Shown here in pieces: positions 8,575-18,614 of a stretch of DNA of 64,000 nt. The translations under genes were made by a program, and so were the position numbers. The stretch is from Clostridia bacterium (GTDB taxonomy: Bacteria > Bacillota > Clostridia > HGM11514): positions 22,680-86,679 of the forward strand of contig JAZNAU010000020.1 of NCBI GenBank assembly GCA_045586685.1, read 5' to 3'. How positions within the stretch are numbered: position 1 is the stretch's first letter; each line of letters opens with the position of its first letter. The notes beneath the pieces were generated by a model. The model saw nothing but the letters and a program-made list of their open reading frames with translations. It ran no database searches and had not been told where the DNA came from.

Positions 8575-10452
8575 TTAAGATTTTATCATTTCCAATTCCT
8601 GATTTAACTGCTCCCATTCTTCCATCAAGGCTTCTAATTTTGTTTTTTTCTCCTCACATTCCGAGAACAGTTCCATGCTTTTATTGTAATCCGACGCACT
8701 TTCTTCCATTTGCTTTTGCAGTTCTTCAATTTCCTGTTCCAATTCTAAAATTTCATCCTCACAGCGGTTAAGTTTTCCTGTTGCACGGTTTATGGCAGAA
8801 CGCCGTTCTTTTGCTTCTTTATAATCTAAATTCTTCTTTTCTGCCTTGCCATCAGGGACAGAAACCTCCACTCGCTTTTCCGCATAATAGTCATAATCTC
8901 CGTCGTAGCACACCGCCCCTTGGGGGGTCAATTCATAAATTTTGGTAGCAAGACGGTTGATAAAATAACGGTCATGGGAAATCATGAAAAGGGTTCCTTC
9001 GTAAGCACTTAAAGCTTGTTCCAAAGCTTCACGTGAGGCAATATCCAGATGGTTCGTAGGCTCATCCAGCAACAAAAAGTTTGCTCCGGAAAGCATCAAT
9101 CTGCAAAGCAACACTCTTGCCTTTTCTCCGCCGCTTAACACATCCACCGTCTTTTCCACGTCATCCCCGTAAAACAAAAATGCCGCCAGTGCATTACAAA
9201 GCTCTGTTCTTGTTTTAGAAGGATAGGCATCCCACAGAGTATCGAGAACGGTTTTTCCGGAAGGTAAATCCGATTGCATCTGGTCGTAATACCCGATTGT
9301 GACACCGGGACCAAATATAAACTCTCCGTCACCTGTACACTTCCCTAACATCATTTTCATCAGAGTGGTTTTCCCGCAACCGTTTTTCCCAAGCAAAAAC
9401 ACTCTGTTTTTTTGACGAATCTCCATAGATACATTTCGAAAAATCTGTTTGGTTCCAAACTGTTTCTCCGCATTCCGTACGGTCAGAAACTCCTGAGGTC
9501 CCATGGCGCTGACTCCAAAAGAAAGACGGATAGCACGTTGCTTTTCTTCAGGAGTAACTAAATTTGCCTGTAAACGGTCAATGGATTTTTGTTTATGCTC
9601 GGCAGTACGGATATTCCGCTCCCGATTCCATTGTTTTTGCTGAGCAATAATTCCCTCAATCCGCTTAATTTCCCTTTGTGTATTTTCATAATTTCTTGTA
9701 ATTGTTTTTTGTTCTTCCTCTTTTAAGTAAAGATAACGGCTATAGTTTCCCGGATAGCTTTTTAAAGCACAGTTTGACATAGCAAATGTTTTATCCGTTA
9801 CCTTATCCAAAAAATAACGGTCATGGGAAATCACCATAAACGCACCGTTATATTCCTTCAAATACCGTTCCAGCCATTCTACAGATCCAATATCCAGATG
9901 GTTGGTCGGTTCATCCAATAACAACAAATCTGCACGGCTTAACAAAATTTTTGCCAACATCAGTCTTGTTTTTTGTCCTCCGCTTAGCTGTTGTGCAGAA
10001 AATTCCTGTTCCGAAAAACCCAATCCTGTCAGAACCCCCTTGATACGACTGCGGAATTCTGCTCCTCCTTCACGAAAAAACTGTTCCTGTAATTGATGTT
10101 GACGTTCTATCAGCTCAGCAGATTGTTCTTTTTCCAATACATCATTGATTTCTTCGATTCGCTGTTCCAATTCCAGTAAATCAGAAAAACAGGACAAACA
10201 TTCTTCATAAACGGAGCCTGAAAATTGCATCATCTGCTCCATGTAAGCAAGCTTCATCCCTTTTGCAAGAGTAACTTGTCCCCCGTCAGCAGACTCCTCC
10301 CCTGTAATAATTTTAAACAGAGTCGTTTTTCCGCATCCGTTAGCACCTACTAAGCCTATTTTTTCACCGGTTTCTACAGAAAAGCTCACCTCCGAAAACA
10401 GTTCCTCTGCTCCAAAGGACTTTTCCAGCCCGTTCACACCCAAAAGAATCAT
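8575..10452 (-). CDS. ABC-F family ATPase (tandem ABC ATP-binding domains, C-terminal coiled-coil)
   Basis: 625 aa; two Walker A (GANGCGKTT, GKNGCGKTT), two ABC signatures LSGGQK/LSGGEK, inter-domain linker, no TMD; RBS AAGGAAG. Confidence 0.8.
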   Translation of the reverse strand: MILLGVNGLEKSFGAEELFSEVSFSVETGEKIGLVGANGCGKTTLFKIITGEESADGGQVTLAKGMKLAYMEQMMQFSGSVYEECLSCFSDLLELEQRIEEINDVLEKEQSAELIERQHQLQEQFFREGGAEFRSRIKGVLTGLGFSEQEFSAQQLSGGQKTRLMLAKILLSRADLLLLDEPTNHLDIGSVEWLERYLKEYNGAFMVISHDRYFLDKVTDKTFAMSNCALKSYPGNYSRYLYLKEEEQKTITRNYENTQREIKRIEGIIAQQKQWNRERNIRTAEHKQKSIDRLQANLVTPEEKQRAIRLSFGVSAMGPQEFLTVRNAEKQFGTKQIFRNVSMEIRQKNRVFLLGKNGCGKTTLMKMMLGKCTGDGEFIFGPGVTIGYYDQMQSDLPSGKTVLDTLWDAYPSKTRTELCNALAAFLFYGDDVEKTVDVLSGGEKARVLLCRLMLSGANFLLLDEPTNHLDIASREALEQALSAYEGTLFMISHDRYFINRLATKIYELTPQGAVCYDGDYDYYAEKRVEVSVPDGKAEKKNLDYKEAKERRSAINRATGKLNRCEDEILELEQEIEELQKQMEESASDYNKSMELFSECEEKKTKLEALMEEWEQLNQELEMIKS

Positions 10453-10464
10453 TCATCTCTTCCT

Positions 10465-11331
10465 TTACTGACCCAATGCCATTTTTTGCATTGCTTCCAG
10501 TCGAACCGCCTCATAATCTTCCTGTGTCATTTCCGCTCTGAGAATGACATGGTAGCCCCAAGAGGATTTTACAGGCTTTTTTGTAATTTTGCCAACCTGT
10601 AATGCAAATGCAGCATCTTCAAATGCCTTATCCCCAATTTCCCCTCTGGCAAATACATAGCCTTCGGGATATTCCGCTACACCCCCGTCCAGATTATGCT
10701 CATACATCAGAGCTTCAAAATTAAATCCTTCTTTTGTCACCTGGTCGATAATAATTTCGCCTTTGCTTCTTCCTTTTATAGAATTTTCCAAAAGAATATG
10801 CTGGACTTTAATATAATTGTCGCCGATAAATGCATCCTGTTGCTCAATGCTGTAAATTTTCTCTTTATCATAGAAAATATTAACAGAGGAGGTAATTCCA
10901 TTCCAAATGACTTCTGCATCTAAGGCTTCGCTGACAGCACGCAAGGGCACCATAATACGGTCGTTGATATTCTGTGCCGGCACATCTAAAGAAATACGGG
11001 ATTCAACACTTTTTTGTGTTTCATCCTCTATTATATAATCCCGAACGACAATTTCATTTTTTCCTTCTGAAATCTGCAACAACCGCACCCGACCGGGCAT
11101 GGCACATGCCGCATAAGCCGCACCATTACTCCATTGCACCATACAACCATAGGCTTCGAAAATAGCACGGAGAGGTACCAAGGTTCTATCTGACACCAGC
11201 GTAGGCTGTTGATCCGGAAAACTCACCCGCTCTGTATTTAAAAAAACGCTGATTTTTGGTTCTTCCGCACTAACTACACTTGCGCAACTCAACATCAAGC
11301 ATAATGATAATAACACGCATATCTTTTTCAT
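10465..11331 (-). CDS. Secreted protein with copper-amine-oxidase N-terminal-like repeats and C-terminal PpiC/parvulin peptidyl-prolyl isomerase domain
   Basis: Signal peptide MKKICVLLSLCLMLSCASVVSA; two DRTLVPLRAI/DRIMVPLRAV stalk repeats; parvulin motif SSWGYHVILRAE. Confidence 0.7.
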   Translation of the reverse strand: MKKICVLLSLCLMLSCASVVSAEEPKISVFLNTERVSFPDQQPTLVSDRTLVPLRAIFEAYGCMVQWSNGAAYAACAMPGRVRLLQISEGKNEIVVRDYIIEDETQKSVESRISLDVPAQNINDRIMVPLRAVSEALDAEVIWNGITSSVNIFYDKEKIYSIEQQDAFIGDNYIKVQHILLENSIKGRSKGEIIIDQVTKEGFNFEALMYEHNLDGGVAEYPEGYVFARGEIGDKAFEDAAFALQVGKITKKPVKSSWGYHVILRAEMTQEDYEAVRLEAMQKMALGQ

Positions 11332-12089
11332 TTTTCATTCTCCCCTCTATCCTTCATGTAAGTGCTGTGAAGGCTCATAATTTTCTCAACACCGCCCAAT
11401 TCAATCAAACTGACGCATTGTTCCTCTGTGACTAAAATGTGATCTACCAATTCAATATTCAGTGTGTCCAATGCCCGCTTTATTTTCAAAGTATAATCAT
11501 AATCTTCAGACGAAAATGCCGCAATACCGCTGGGATGGTTATGTGCAAAAACAACACCGCTGGCATTTTGTTGTAAAATCAAGCTGACTGCCTTTGGAAT
11601 GGAAACTGAGACATTACCTTGATCACCCTCCCCCAACAAAAGGGTTCGAATCACTTTTTTTCCAGGAGATAAACAAATGCAGTACATCCGTTCATACATA
11701 CAATCAAAAAACAAGGTTCTTGCATACTCTATCATCTGCTTTGTGGTTTCAAATGTACAGGAAGTTTCTTTCGCATGATAAAGCCCATATTGCCGAAAAA
11801 TCGGTAGTATCATTTTAATCAGACAGGCTGAGTTTTTGCTGATGCCTTTGACCTTCAGCAAATCCTCATAGCTGGCCTGCAGCACTGCCGGCAGTGAATT
11901 ATGAAAATGGTTTAGCAGTTGATGCGCCAATTCATTTGTATCTTTTCTGGGAATTGCATAAAATAAAAGCAGCTCAAGGATTTCGTGCGGCTTAAAGGCA
12001 TCCAAGCCTTCCTCCAAAAAACGTTTCCGCAATCGATTCCTATGACCTGCATGCACGTTGTCTTCTGACTTGCTCATACCGAGCACCAC
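11328..12089 (-). CDS. radC: RadC-family JAB/MPN domain protein
   Basis: 253 aa; C-terminal JAMM motif VFAHNHPSG; N-terminal HhH-like region; overlaps upstream gene stop by 4 nt. Confidence 0.8.
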   Translation of the reverse strand: MVLGMSKSEDNVHAGHRNRLRKRFLEEGLDAFKPHEILELLLFYAIPRKDTNELAHQLLNHFHNSLPAVLQASYEDLLKVKGISKNSACLIKMILPIFRQYGLYHAKETSCTFETTKQMIEYARTLFFDCMYERMYCICLSPGKKVIRTLLLGEGDQGNVSVSIPKAVSLILQQNASGVVFAHNHPSGIAAFSSEDYDYTLKIKRALDTLNIELVDHILVTEEQCVSLIELGGVEKIMSLHSTYMKDRGENEK

Positions 12090-12105
12090 CTGTTACAATA
12101 ATAAA

Positions 12106-12180
12106 TGGTGACCCTAAGGGGATTCGAACCCCTATTACCGCCGTGAGAGGGCGGCGTACTGACCATTATACGATAGGGCC
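12106..12180 (-). tRNA. tRNA-Glu (anticodon CUC)
   Basis: Minus-strand sequence GGCCCTATCGTATAATGGTCAGTACGCCGCCCTCTCACGGCGGTAATAGGGGTTCGAATCCCCTTAGGGTCACCA folds as cloverleaf (7-bp acceptor, anticodon stem CCGCC/GGCGG, loop CUCUCAC, T-loop TTCGAAT, CCA encoded); close match to Bacillus tRNA-Glu. Confidence 0.8.
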
Positions 12181-12194
12181 ACACCACTAGCATT

Positions 12195-12223
12195 ATTATA
12201 CCATATTTCTCATTAAAAAGCAA
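12195..12223 (-). promoter_or_regulatory. sigma-A promoter for tRNA-Glu (TTGCTT-17-TATAAT, minus strand)
   Basis: -10 revcomp at 12195-12200 about 14 nt upstream of tRNA 5' end, -35 at 12218-12223. Confidence 0.4.
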
Positions 12224-12240
12224 GCTTTTTTTGCATATTT

Positions 12241-13077
12241 TCAATGATAAACCAAAAAGCCATTTCCTACAATCTGCTGAGATTCTGCATAGATCACGAA
12301 AGCTCCTTCATCTATCTCCAATACCTTCTTTTCAAAACTTGGAATTTCGTTGTCTTTTAATGCACATACCAGCATATTCTTTTTCTCTTTTGTGTAAGCC
12401 CCTGTGACATCAATCAGGGTAACTCCTCTAGGTGAAGAAGAAACCAACCGCTGTGCCATATCACTGCCGGATTCCGTAATAATAAAGGCAAGCTTCGATA
12501 TATTCATTTTTTTAATCAGCCAATCAATAGCGGTACTGGAAATCGCCAGACCGAAAACACCGAACAACACCAAATCTACCGTTTTGAAGCAAAGGAAGGA
12601 TGCAAGGAGCACCAATCCATCAACAAACATTAATAATTTTCCGATTGACATATGAGGAAAAAAGTGCTGAATCAGTCTTCCAGCAATATCTGTTCCACCG
12701 GTAGACGCTCTGTTTACCAAAGTCAAACCAATTCCAAAACCATAAAGCACCGCACCGTAAATTGTAGCCAGAAAAACATTGTCTGTCAAAGGCGGTAAGT
12801 AAGAAAACAGTTCGGTAAACAGCGAAACCCCGCCTGCACAGATGACCGTTTTTATTAAAAAGGATTTTCCCAATATCCTTGCGCCTATTAACAACAACAT
12901 CAGATTGATGGCATAATAGGAAATACCGGCAGGAATATGCAGGGTATGATATAAAATCGTTGAAATACCCGAAACACCTCCGGTAACAATTTTATTCGGC
13001 ACAAAACAGAGACCAATCCCCGCTGATACCGACACAACACCCAGTAAAATTAACAAATATGATTTAATTTTTTTCAT
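12241..13077 (-). CDS. YitT-family integral membrane protein (DUF161 + DUF2179)
   Basis: 278 aa; multiple TM helices N-terminal, C-terminal soluble DUF2179-like domain; pattern typical of YitT/YpjC. Confidence 0.7.
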   Translation of the reverse strand: MKKIKSYLLILLGVVSVSAGIGLCFVPNKIVTGGVSGISTILYHTLHIPAGISYYAINLMLLLIGARILGKSFLIKTVICAGGVSLFTELFSYLPPLTDNVFLATIYGAVLYGFGIGLTLVNRASTGGTDIAGRLIQHFFPHMSIGKLLMFVDGLVLLASFLCFKTVDLVLFGVFGLAISSTAIDWLIKKMNISKLAFIITESGSDMAQRLVSSSPRGVTLIDVTGAYTKEKKNMLVCALKDNEIPSFEKKVLEIDEGAFVIYAESQQIVGNGFLVYH

Positions 13078-13112
13078 ATGAATCCTCCACTCATGTCAAA
13101 ATATAAACGTTT

Positions 13113-13979
13113 TCATTGGTTTGCTACAATAGACCTTGTGCTTTCATTCCGATACTGCACCGGTGTCATCCCTATTTTTTGTTTAAATCGGCGGTTAAAA
13201 TAAGAAATATTTTCAAATCCACATTCCATGGCAATTTTTATCACCGGTTGTGTTGTTCCTGTAAGCATCATGCAGGCCTTTTCAATCCGCTTGCAGTTTA
13301 TGTAATCAAACACTCCTGTCCTCATTACCTTTTTAAAATAGGTGCAAAAATAAGTTCGGTTCATGTGAACCATAGAAGCAAGACCATCCAGAGAAAATTG
13401 TTCCTCCCCGTAATGCACATCGATATATTCCAAGCAGGGATGCAGACGGTGGTACATCTTATGAAACTTCGCTTCCTCTTCCCGGCTTTCTTTTTGATTC
13501 AAGCTTCGATACACCAACCCCAAAAATTGCATCAGCATTGCCTTTAATATCATTCGATAACCCGATTTTTTCTCCGTCACTTCTTTCTCCATGGCAAACA
13601 ATAATTCTCTCAACTGTTCCGCTATGTTCTCCTGTGTTTCCAAACAACCAAAGTCAAAAATGTTCTTTTGATAAAAGGGCTGAATATACTGGTAATCAAA
13701 CAGATGGTTTTGATGGATAAAAGAAGGCTGAAACATTATTAACATAATCTTTAAATTATTCGTGGAAACTGCTTCATGCACCTGCAAATTGTTTATAAAA
13801 TAAAACGAACCGGGCTTACATTCCAGCCGTTTTCCGTCAACCAAAAGATATCCTTCCCCGCCCAGACAATAATTGATTTCCAGGCAATCATGAAAATGCA
13901 AGCCTGTGTCGCTTTTCACATCGGTTCTATATAATTGAAATTCAAATTTTTGATCAAAGGGAATAAACATCTTGTTCAA
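13113..13979 (-). CDS. AraC-family transcriptional regulator (N-terminal cupin sensor, C-terminal HTH)
   Basis: 288 aa; C-terminal AraC HTH signature (MNRTYFCTYFKK..., IAMECGFENISYFNRRFKQKIGMTPVQYR). Confidence 0.8.
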   Translation of the reverse strand: MNKMFIPFDQKFEFQLYRTDVKSDTGLHFHDCLEINYCLGGEGYLLVDGKRLECKPGSFYFINNLQVHEAVSTNNLKIMLIMFQPSFIHQNHLFDYQYIQPFYQKNIFDFGCLETQENIAEQLRELLFAMEKEVTEKKSGYRMILKAMLMQFLGLVYRSLNQKESREEEAKFHKMYHRLHPCLEYIDVHYGEEQFSLDGLASMVHMNRTYFCTYFKKVMRTGVFDYINCKRIEKACMMLTGTTQPVIKIAMECGFENISYFNRRFKQKIGMTPVQYRNESTRSIVANQ

Positions 13980-14048
13980 TACAAACGCCTCCTTCTTATT
14001 ATTATACTATAATTTTACATATGAAACAAGGGCATTTAAAAAATTTTC

Positions 14049-14076
14049 TTGAAAATTGCAAAATTTATGATATAAT
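14049..14076 (+). promoter_or_regulatory. sigma-A promoter (TTGAAA-16-TATAAT) for clpE-like gene
   Basis: TTGAAA 14049-14054, TATAAT 14071-14076, ~40 nt upstream of ATG; no CtsR or CIRCE repeat recognised. Confidence 0.5.
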
Positions 14077-14114
14077 AGAATGCATACAACGAGTTTTGCA
14101 ACAAGCGCAAGGGA

Positions 14115-16388
14115 GTGATAACAATGTTGTGCAGTCGCTGTAAAAAAAACATTGCTGTTGTCTTTATGGCAAGAGCAGATAACGGGGAAATTACAAAAGA
14201 AGGTCTTTGTCTTTCCTGTGCAAAAGAACTGGGTATTAAACCGGTAGAGGAAATGTTATCCCAGATGAATGTTGATGACGAACAGATGGAGTCCATGATG
14301 GAAGAAATGAACGGAATGTTCTCCGATGAAAACATGGCACAGCTTGCCTCGGGCGGAAACCCGTTTGAAATGTTCGGTTCATTGCTTTCACAACCGCCCC
14401 AAGAATTTTCAGAAGAAGAGGAAAATTCTGCAAAGAAATCCACAAAAACCAAAACAGATAAAAAAATATTAAAGAAAAAACGATTACTGGATACCTACGG
14501 CACCAATCTGACGAAAAAAGCAGTGGAAGGTGCCATTGATCGGGTCATTAAACGGGAAGAAGAAATTGCCCGTGTCATTCGTATTTTAAACCGAAGAACT
14601 AAGAACAATCCCGTTCTTTTGGGTGATCCCGGTGTAGGAAAAAGTGCCATCGCAGAAGGGCTTGCTGTTCGAATTGCAGAAAAGCAGGTGCCTGCGATGC
14701 TGTTAAGTTTTGAAGTGTATCTACTTGATTTTACCGCCATTGTTGCAGGAACCCAATTTCGCGGACAGTTTGAGTCCCGTTTGAAAAATATTATTGAAGA
14801 AGCAAAAAACTTAGGAAATATTATTCTTGTTATTGATGAACTTCATAATATTATGGGTGCAGGAGATGCAGAAGGTGCAATGAGTGCTGCTAATATCTTA
14901 AAACCTGCTCTTGCCAGAGGAGAAATTCGGATTTTAGGAGCAACAACCTTAGATGAATATCGTAAGCATATCGAAAAGGACTCTGCTTTGGAACGTCGCT
15001 TCCAGCCGGTTATGGTCAACGAACCCTCCCTTGAGGATACAGTTGAAATTTTGCAAGGCATCAAACATTATTACGAAGAATTTCACCGTGTGGTGATCAA
15101 TGACGAAATCATCTGTGAGGCAGTGGATATGGCAGCCCGATATCTGCCGGAACGTTTTTTCCCTGACAAAGCAATTGACCTGATTGATGAGGCTGGCTCC
15201 ATGGTTAACTTAAAAAATCTGGCATTAGTGGAGCTGACCAATTATAAAAACGAACTGAAAAAAGTAGCGGAAGAAAAAGAATCTGCAGTCTCAGCAGATT
15301 CCATTGAAGATTATCAAAAAGCGGCAGACTTAAAAATCAAAGAATGCCGTTTGCTTACCAAAATCGAAGAGCTGGAAGCAAAAATGGAAAATGTTTATGT
15401 AACCCGTGAAGATTTGGCTCAAGTAATTCAAAGCCGGACTGGTATTCCCGTTCAGCAGTTAACACAAGACCAATCTGAAAAACTACTGAATCTGGAGGAA
15501 TATCTCCATCGCCGTGTCATTGGTCAGAACGAAGCCGTTTGTGCTGTTGCAAATGCAATTCGCCGTCACCGCGCAGGGTTAATTCGCAAAAAACGTCCTG
15601 TTTCCTTTATTTTTGTAGGACCTACAGGAATAGGAAAGACAGAATTGGTAAAAACTCTTACAGAGCAGTTATTTGACACAGAGGATGCTCTCATTCGGGT
15701 AGATATGTCAGAATACATGGAAAAACATTCTGTTTCCAAGATGATTGGTTCTCCTCCGGGATATGTGGGATATGACGATGCAGGTCAGTTGACAGAAAAA
15801 GTGCGCCGTCGTCCTTATAGCGTCATTTTGCTGGACGAAATCGAAAAAGCACATGCTGACGTTCACAATATTCTTCTGCAAATTCTGGATGACGGTAAAA
15901 TTACAGACAGCCACGGAAAAACCGTTGATTTTCGAAATACAGTGATTATCATGACCTCCAATGCAGGTTCCAATGAATCCGCCGGAATTTATGGTTTTGG
16001 TACCAATCCGGAAGGTCGGGAAGAACGCAGAGCGGAACAGGGATTAAAAAATATTTTCCGACCCGAATTTTTAAATCGGATTGACGAAATTATCTCTTTC
16101 CATAGCCTCAACAAAGAGGAAATCTGTGAAATTGCTTCTCTACAAATTCGCGATTTGGTTCATCAGGCATTGGCGAGCGGGATTACATTAGATGTCAGCT
16201 CAGATGTTGCAACATACGTTGCAGAAAAGGGCTACAGCCATGCTTACGGTGCCCGCCCCATTCGTCGGGTCATTCAAAAAGAACTGGAAGACCCCCTTTC
16301 CTCTTTGATTATTCGTGAAGAAGCAACAAAAGGTGACCGATTCAATGTCCTAATTGAAGGCGATATGATTAAAATTATAAAAAAATAA
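14115..16388 (+). CDS. clpE: ATP-dependent Clp protease ATP-binding subunit, ClpE-like (N-terminal Cys4 zinc ribbon, two AAA+ modules)
   Basis: 757 aa; N-term CSRCKK...CLSCAKELG zinc ribbon; Walker A GDPGVGKS and GPTGIGKT; ClpP-docking loop motif GFGT in (A)[10 protein letters not shown]; UVR-like middle region. Confidence 0.8.
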   Translation: MITMLCSRCKKNIAVVFMARADNGEITKEGLCLSCAKELGIKPVEEMLSQMNVDDEQMESMMEEMNGMFSDENMAQLASGGNPFEMFGSLLSQPPQEFSEEEENSAKKSTKTKTDKKILKKKRLLDTYGTNLTKKAVEGAIDRVIKREEEIARVIRILNRRTKNNPVLLGDPGVGKSAIAEGLAVRIAEKQVPAMLLSFEVYLLDFTAIVAGTQFRGQFESRLKNIIEEAKNLGNIILVIDELHNIMGAGDAEGAMSAANILKPALARGEIRILGATTLDEYRKHIEKDSALERRFQPVMVNEPSLEDTVEILQGIKHYYEEFHRVVINDEIICEAVDMAARYLPERFFPDKAIDLIDEAGSMVNLKNLALVELTNYKNELKKVAEEKESAVSADSIEDYQKAADLKIKECRLLTKIEELEAKMENVYVTREDLAQVIQSRTGIPVQQLTQDQSEKLLNLEEYLHRRVIGQNEAVCAVANAIRRHRAGLIRKKRPVSFIFVGPTGIGKTELVKTLTEQLFDTEDALIRVDMSEYMEKHSVSKMIGSPPGYVGYDDAGQLTEKVRRRPYSVILLDEIEKAHADVHNILLQILDDGKITDSHGKTVDFRNTVIIMTSNAGSNESAGIYGFGTNPEGREERRAEQGLKNIFRPEFLNRIDEIISFHSLNKEEICEIASLQIRDLVHQALASGITLDVSSDVATYVAEKGYSHAYGARPIRRVIQKELEDPLSSLIIREEATKGDRFNVLIEGDMIKIIKK

Positions 16389-16407
16389 AAAAAATTTAAA
16401 AAAACAG

Positions 16408-16436
16408 TTGACAAATTAGGAATTTCTTGTTATAAT
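16408..16436 (+). promoter_or_regulatory. Consensus sigma-A promoter (TTGACA-17-TATAAT) driving tRNA operon
   Basis: TTGACA 16408-16413, TATAAT 16431-16436. Confidence 0.6.
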
Positions 16437-16496
16437 GATATGGTCACGTAAGGTGATAAACAACTTAACAAGCAACTTGTTTGCAGCTGTTTTGAT

Positions 16497-16569
16497 GCGG
16501 GTGTAGTTCAATGGCAGAATCCCAGCCTTCCAAGCTGGTCGTGTGGGTTCGATTCCCATCACCCGCTCC
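16497..16569 (+). tRNA. tRNA-Gly (anticodon UCC)
   Basis: GCGGGTG...CACCCGCTCCA; anticodon arm CCAGC-CTTCCAA-GCTGG; T-loop GGTTCGATTCC. Confidence 0.85.
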
Positions 16570-16576
16570 ATTTTTA

Positions 16577-16653
<77 letters not shown>

Positions 16654-16659
16654 AACCTA

Positions 16660-16738
16660 TGGTGGGTATAGCTCAGTTGGTTAGAGCGCTAGATTGTGGC
16701 TCTAGAGGCCGTCGGTTCGAATCCGACTATCCACCCCA
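16660..16738 (+). tRNA. tRNA-His (anticodon GUG) with encoded G-1
   Basis: G-1 + GTGGGTA...TATCCAC-C-CCA; anticodon arm CTAGA-TTGTGGC-TCTAG. Confidence 0.8.
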
Positions 16739-16762
16739 CCAGTTTTACCTTACTACTTATAT

Positions 16763-16839
16763 TGGGATGTAGCCAAGTCGGTAAGGCACCAGACTTTGAC
16801 TCTGGCATTTCGTAGGTTCGAGTCCTGCCATCCCAGCCA
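16763..16839 (+). tRNA. tRNA-Gln (anticodon UUG)
   Basis: TGGGATG...CATCCCAGCCA; anticodon arm CCAGA-CTTTGAC-TCTGG. Confidence 0.8.
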
Positions 16840-16869
16840 AAACGGGAAGGACGAGCCTTCCCACAATAT

Positions 16870-16945
16870 GGACCATTAGCTCAGTCGGCAGAGCACTTGA
16901 CTTTTAATCAAGGTGTCCGGGGTTCGAATCCCCGATGGTCCACCA
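16870..16945 (+). tRNA. tRNA-Lys (anticodon UUU)
   Basis: GGACCAT...ATGGTCCACCA; anticodon arm CTTGA-CTTTTAA-TCAAG. Confidence 0.85.
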
Positions 16946-16951
16946 GAAAAA

Positions 16952-16979
16952 ACGCCTTGTTTTGACAAGTCGTTTTTTC
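16952..16979 (+). terminator. Rho-independent terminator after tRNA operon
   Basis: acgccttg-ttttga-caagtcgt followed by TTTTTT. Confidence 0.55.
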
Positions 16980-16989
16980 AATGAATTGC

Positions 16990-17416
16990 CTGACGGCACG
17001 AATTGAAATCTGCAATTTCATGATTGAGCCTACAGCTCATGAATTGCACCTTACGGTGCATTAAGGCAATTCAACTCATAGAGCGATAGCGAGAATTCAT
17101 GGCGAAGCCAATTCATGACAACGAAGTTGTCAAATTATTATAAAATTAAATATCCCTTTGGTTCTGCTTTCCCAAAAAAAGCATCAATCTTCATATGAGA
17201 TTGGTGCTTTTTTCAATGAAGCGTTCTTTACAGAACATTAAGTCGTCTGCGACAACGAAGTCGCTCCGCTAATGAAGTGTGCCTTAGGGCACATTTTCGA
17301 ACGCTTCGCTTCATAAATCTGCAAAGAAAAACGCAGACAAATAATTTCATTACAACACTTATATTTTTGAAAACACACCGCTTTTTTGTTTCAAATTTGA
17401 AAAGCGATGCATTTAT
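16990..17416. repeat. Hairpin-rich convergent intergenic region with short dispersed inverted repeats (gaattgc...gcaattc; gacaacgaagt(t/c)g x2; tgtgcc-ttag-ggcaca; cgctttt...aaaagcg)
   Basis: Direct reading: at least five separate stem-loops, two sharing the core acaacgaag; includes the likely terminator of the MGT gene at 17379-17407. Confidence 0.35.
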
Positions 17417-18598
17417 CTATATTGTTTTATTACATACATCTATTATTTTATCGGCAGCCTGTTTTGCGCCTGAACAACGCTTGAATCCTTCTGCGATTTT
17501 TTCAGCATTACGCTTATAAATGCTATCTTCTAATACTTTATTTATTGCACTTAAAACGGATATTTCATCAATTCTATCAAGTTTTACGCCTGCTCCAAGC
17601 TCCAAAACTCGCTGGGCAACACCTTTTTGCTCTGTGGTTTGAGGTACCATAACAAGAGGAACTTCAAAATACAAACCTTCGCTGACACTGTTCATTCCAC
17701 AATGAGACACAAAGACATCTGCTTTTTTAAGAACAGCAATTTGGTCAACAAATGAATAAACGGATATGTTTTCAGGCAGATTTCCAAACTCCCCGATAGA
17801 TACCAAATTACCAACAGACATAATTACTTGATACTCTGTGTTTCCTAAAGCAGCTATGCAACTTTTGTAAAAAGGCATCATATGGTTATTAACTGTTCCC
17901 ATTGATATATAAATCAGTTTATCCCTATTTTTCTCAATTCCATCTGTTGCAGAGCAAATAGATGGACCTACAAATGCATAATTGTCAGAAAAAGTTTCCG
18001 AATAAGGTTGAAATTCAGGTGAGGTATACACAATTGTATGGGTGTTATCATCACTACCTATAATATCAAAAATATTTTCAATCGGATATCCTTTACACTG
18101 CAAACGCTTAATTTGTTTAGATGTTTTGAGCATTGAGAAAAACATCTTAAATAAATCACCGATACCTTGTTTCATTACTTTTGCCGAGTGCCTGTTAAAT
18201 GCAAAAGTTGTAGTTGAAGAAACAAAAGGAATCCCGAGTTTGAGTGCAACCGCTTTTCCCCATAATGCCATAGAGTCTGCAACAATACAGTCAGGCTTAA
18301 GTTCTGCCATATCTCTACAAACCTTATCATCAAGAGCCAGTGTAGTATCTACAAGTATCTTTGTAGAGAACGCCATGTCTTTTCCCACTCGGGTGGAGTC
18401 TTTAGCATTTAGTTTTTTCTCCATATCATAATCATCACAGGATATAAAGATTGCTCCTGTCGACTCAATTTTTTCACGCATAATGTTATATGAATAATAC
18501 CATACCTGATGTCCGCGAGAAACCAGCTCCCGAACAACACCCAAAGTTGGATTTGTATGTCCGTGCGCAGGTATACAAAAGAAAACTATTTTGCTCAT
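17417..18598 (-). CDS. UDP-glycosyltransferase, macrolide glycosyltransferase (MGT/OleD) family, GT1
   Basis: 393 aa; N-term MSKIVFFCIPAHGHTNPTLGVVRELVSRGHQV typical of MGT family; C-terminal UDP-sugar binding region HCGMNSVSEGL; RBS AGGAG. Confidence 0.75.
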   Translation of the reverse strand: MSKIVFFCIPAHGHTNPTLGVVRELVSRGHQVWYYSYNIMREKIESTGAIFISCDDYDMEKKLNAKDSTRVGKDMAFSTKILVDTTLALDDKVCRDMAELKPDCIVADSMALWGKAVALKLGIPFVSSTTTFAFNRHSAKVMKQGIGDLFKMFFSMLKTSKQIKRLQCKGYPIENIFDIIGSDDNTHTIVYTSPEFQPYSETFSDNYAFVGPSICSATDGIEKNRDKLIYISMGTVNNHMMPFYKSCIAALGNTEYQVIMSVGNLVSIGEFGNLPENISVYSFVDQIAVLKKADVFVSHCGMNSVSEGLYFEVPLVMVPQTTEQKGVAQRVLELGAGVKLDRIDEISVLSAINKVLEDSIYKRNAEKIAEGFKRCSGAKQAADKIIDVCNKTI

Positions 18599-18614
18599 AT
18601 TACTTCTCCTGATT

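Noticed and set aside
13980-14114. CtsR or CIRCE operator upstream of clpE-like gene
   Set aside because: No GGTCAAA direct repeats or TTAGCACTC-N9-GAGTGCTAA inverted repeat are present. Only the sigma-A promoter is seen.
14036-14452. 138-aa minus-strand ORF overlapping clpE promoter and 5' coding region
   Set aside because: It lies antisense to a strongly supported gene, has no RBS and is Ser-rich low-complexity.
16990-17330. Possibility that the repeated hairpins are a degenerate CRISPR array
   Set aside because: The repeats are not evenly spaced and not of uniform length (7-16 bp cores). No leader or cas genes are nearby.
17417-18598. Annotating the MGT-family glycosyltransferase as a macrolide resistance gene
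   Set aside because: Only the family assignment is supported. Substrate cannot be inferred from sequence, and the gene is chromosomal with no mobile-element context.
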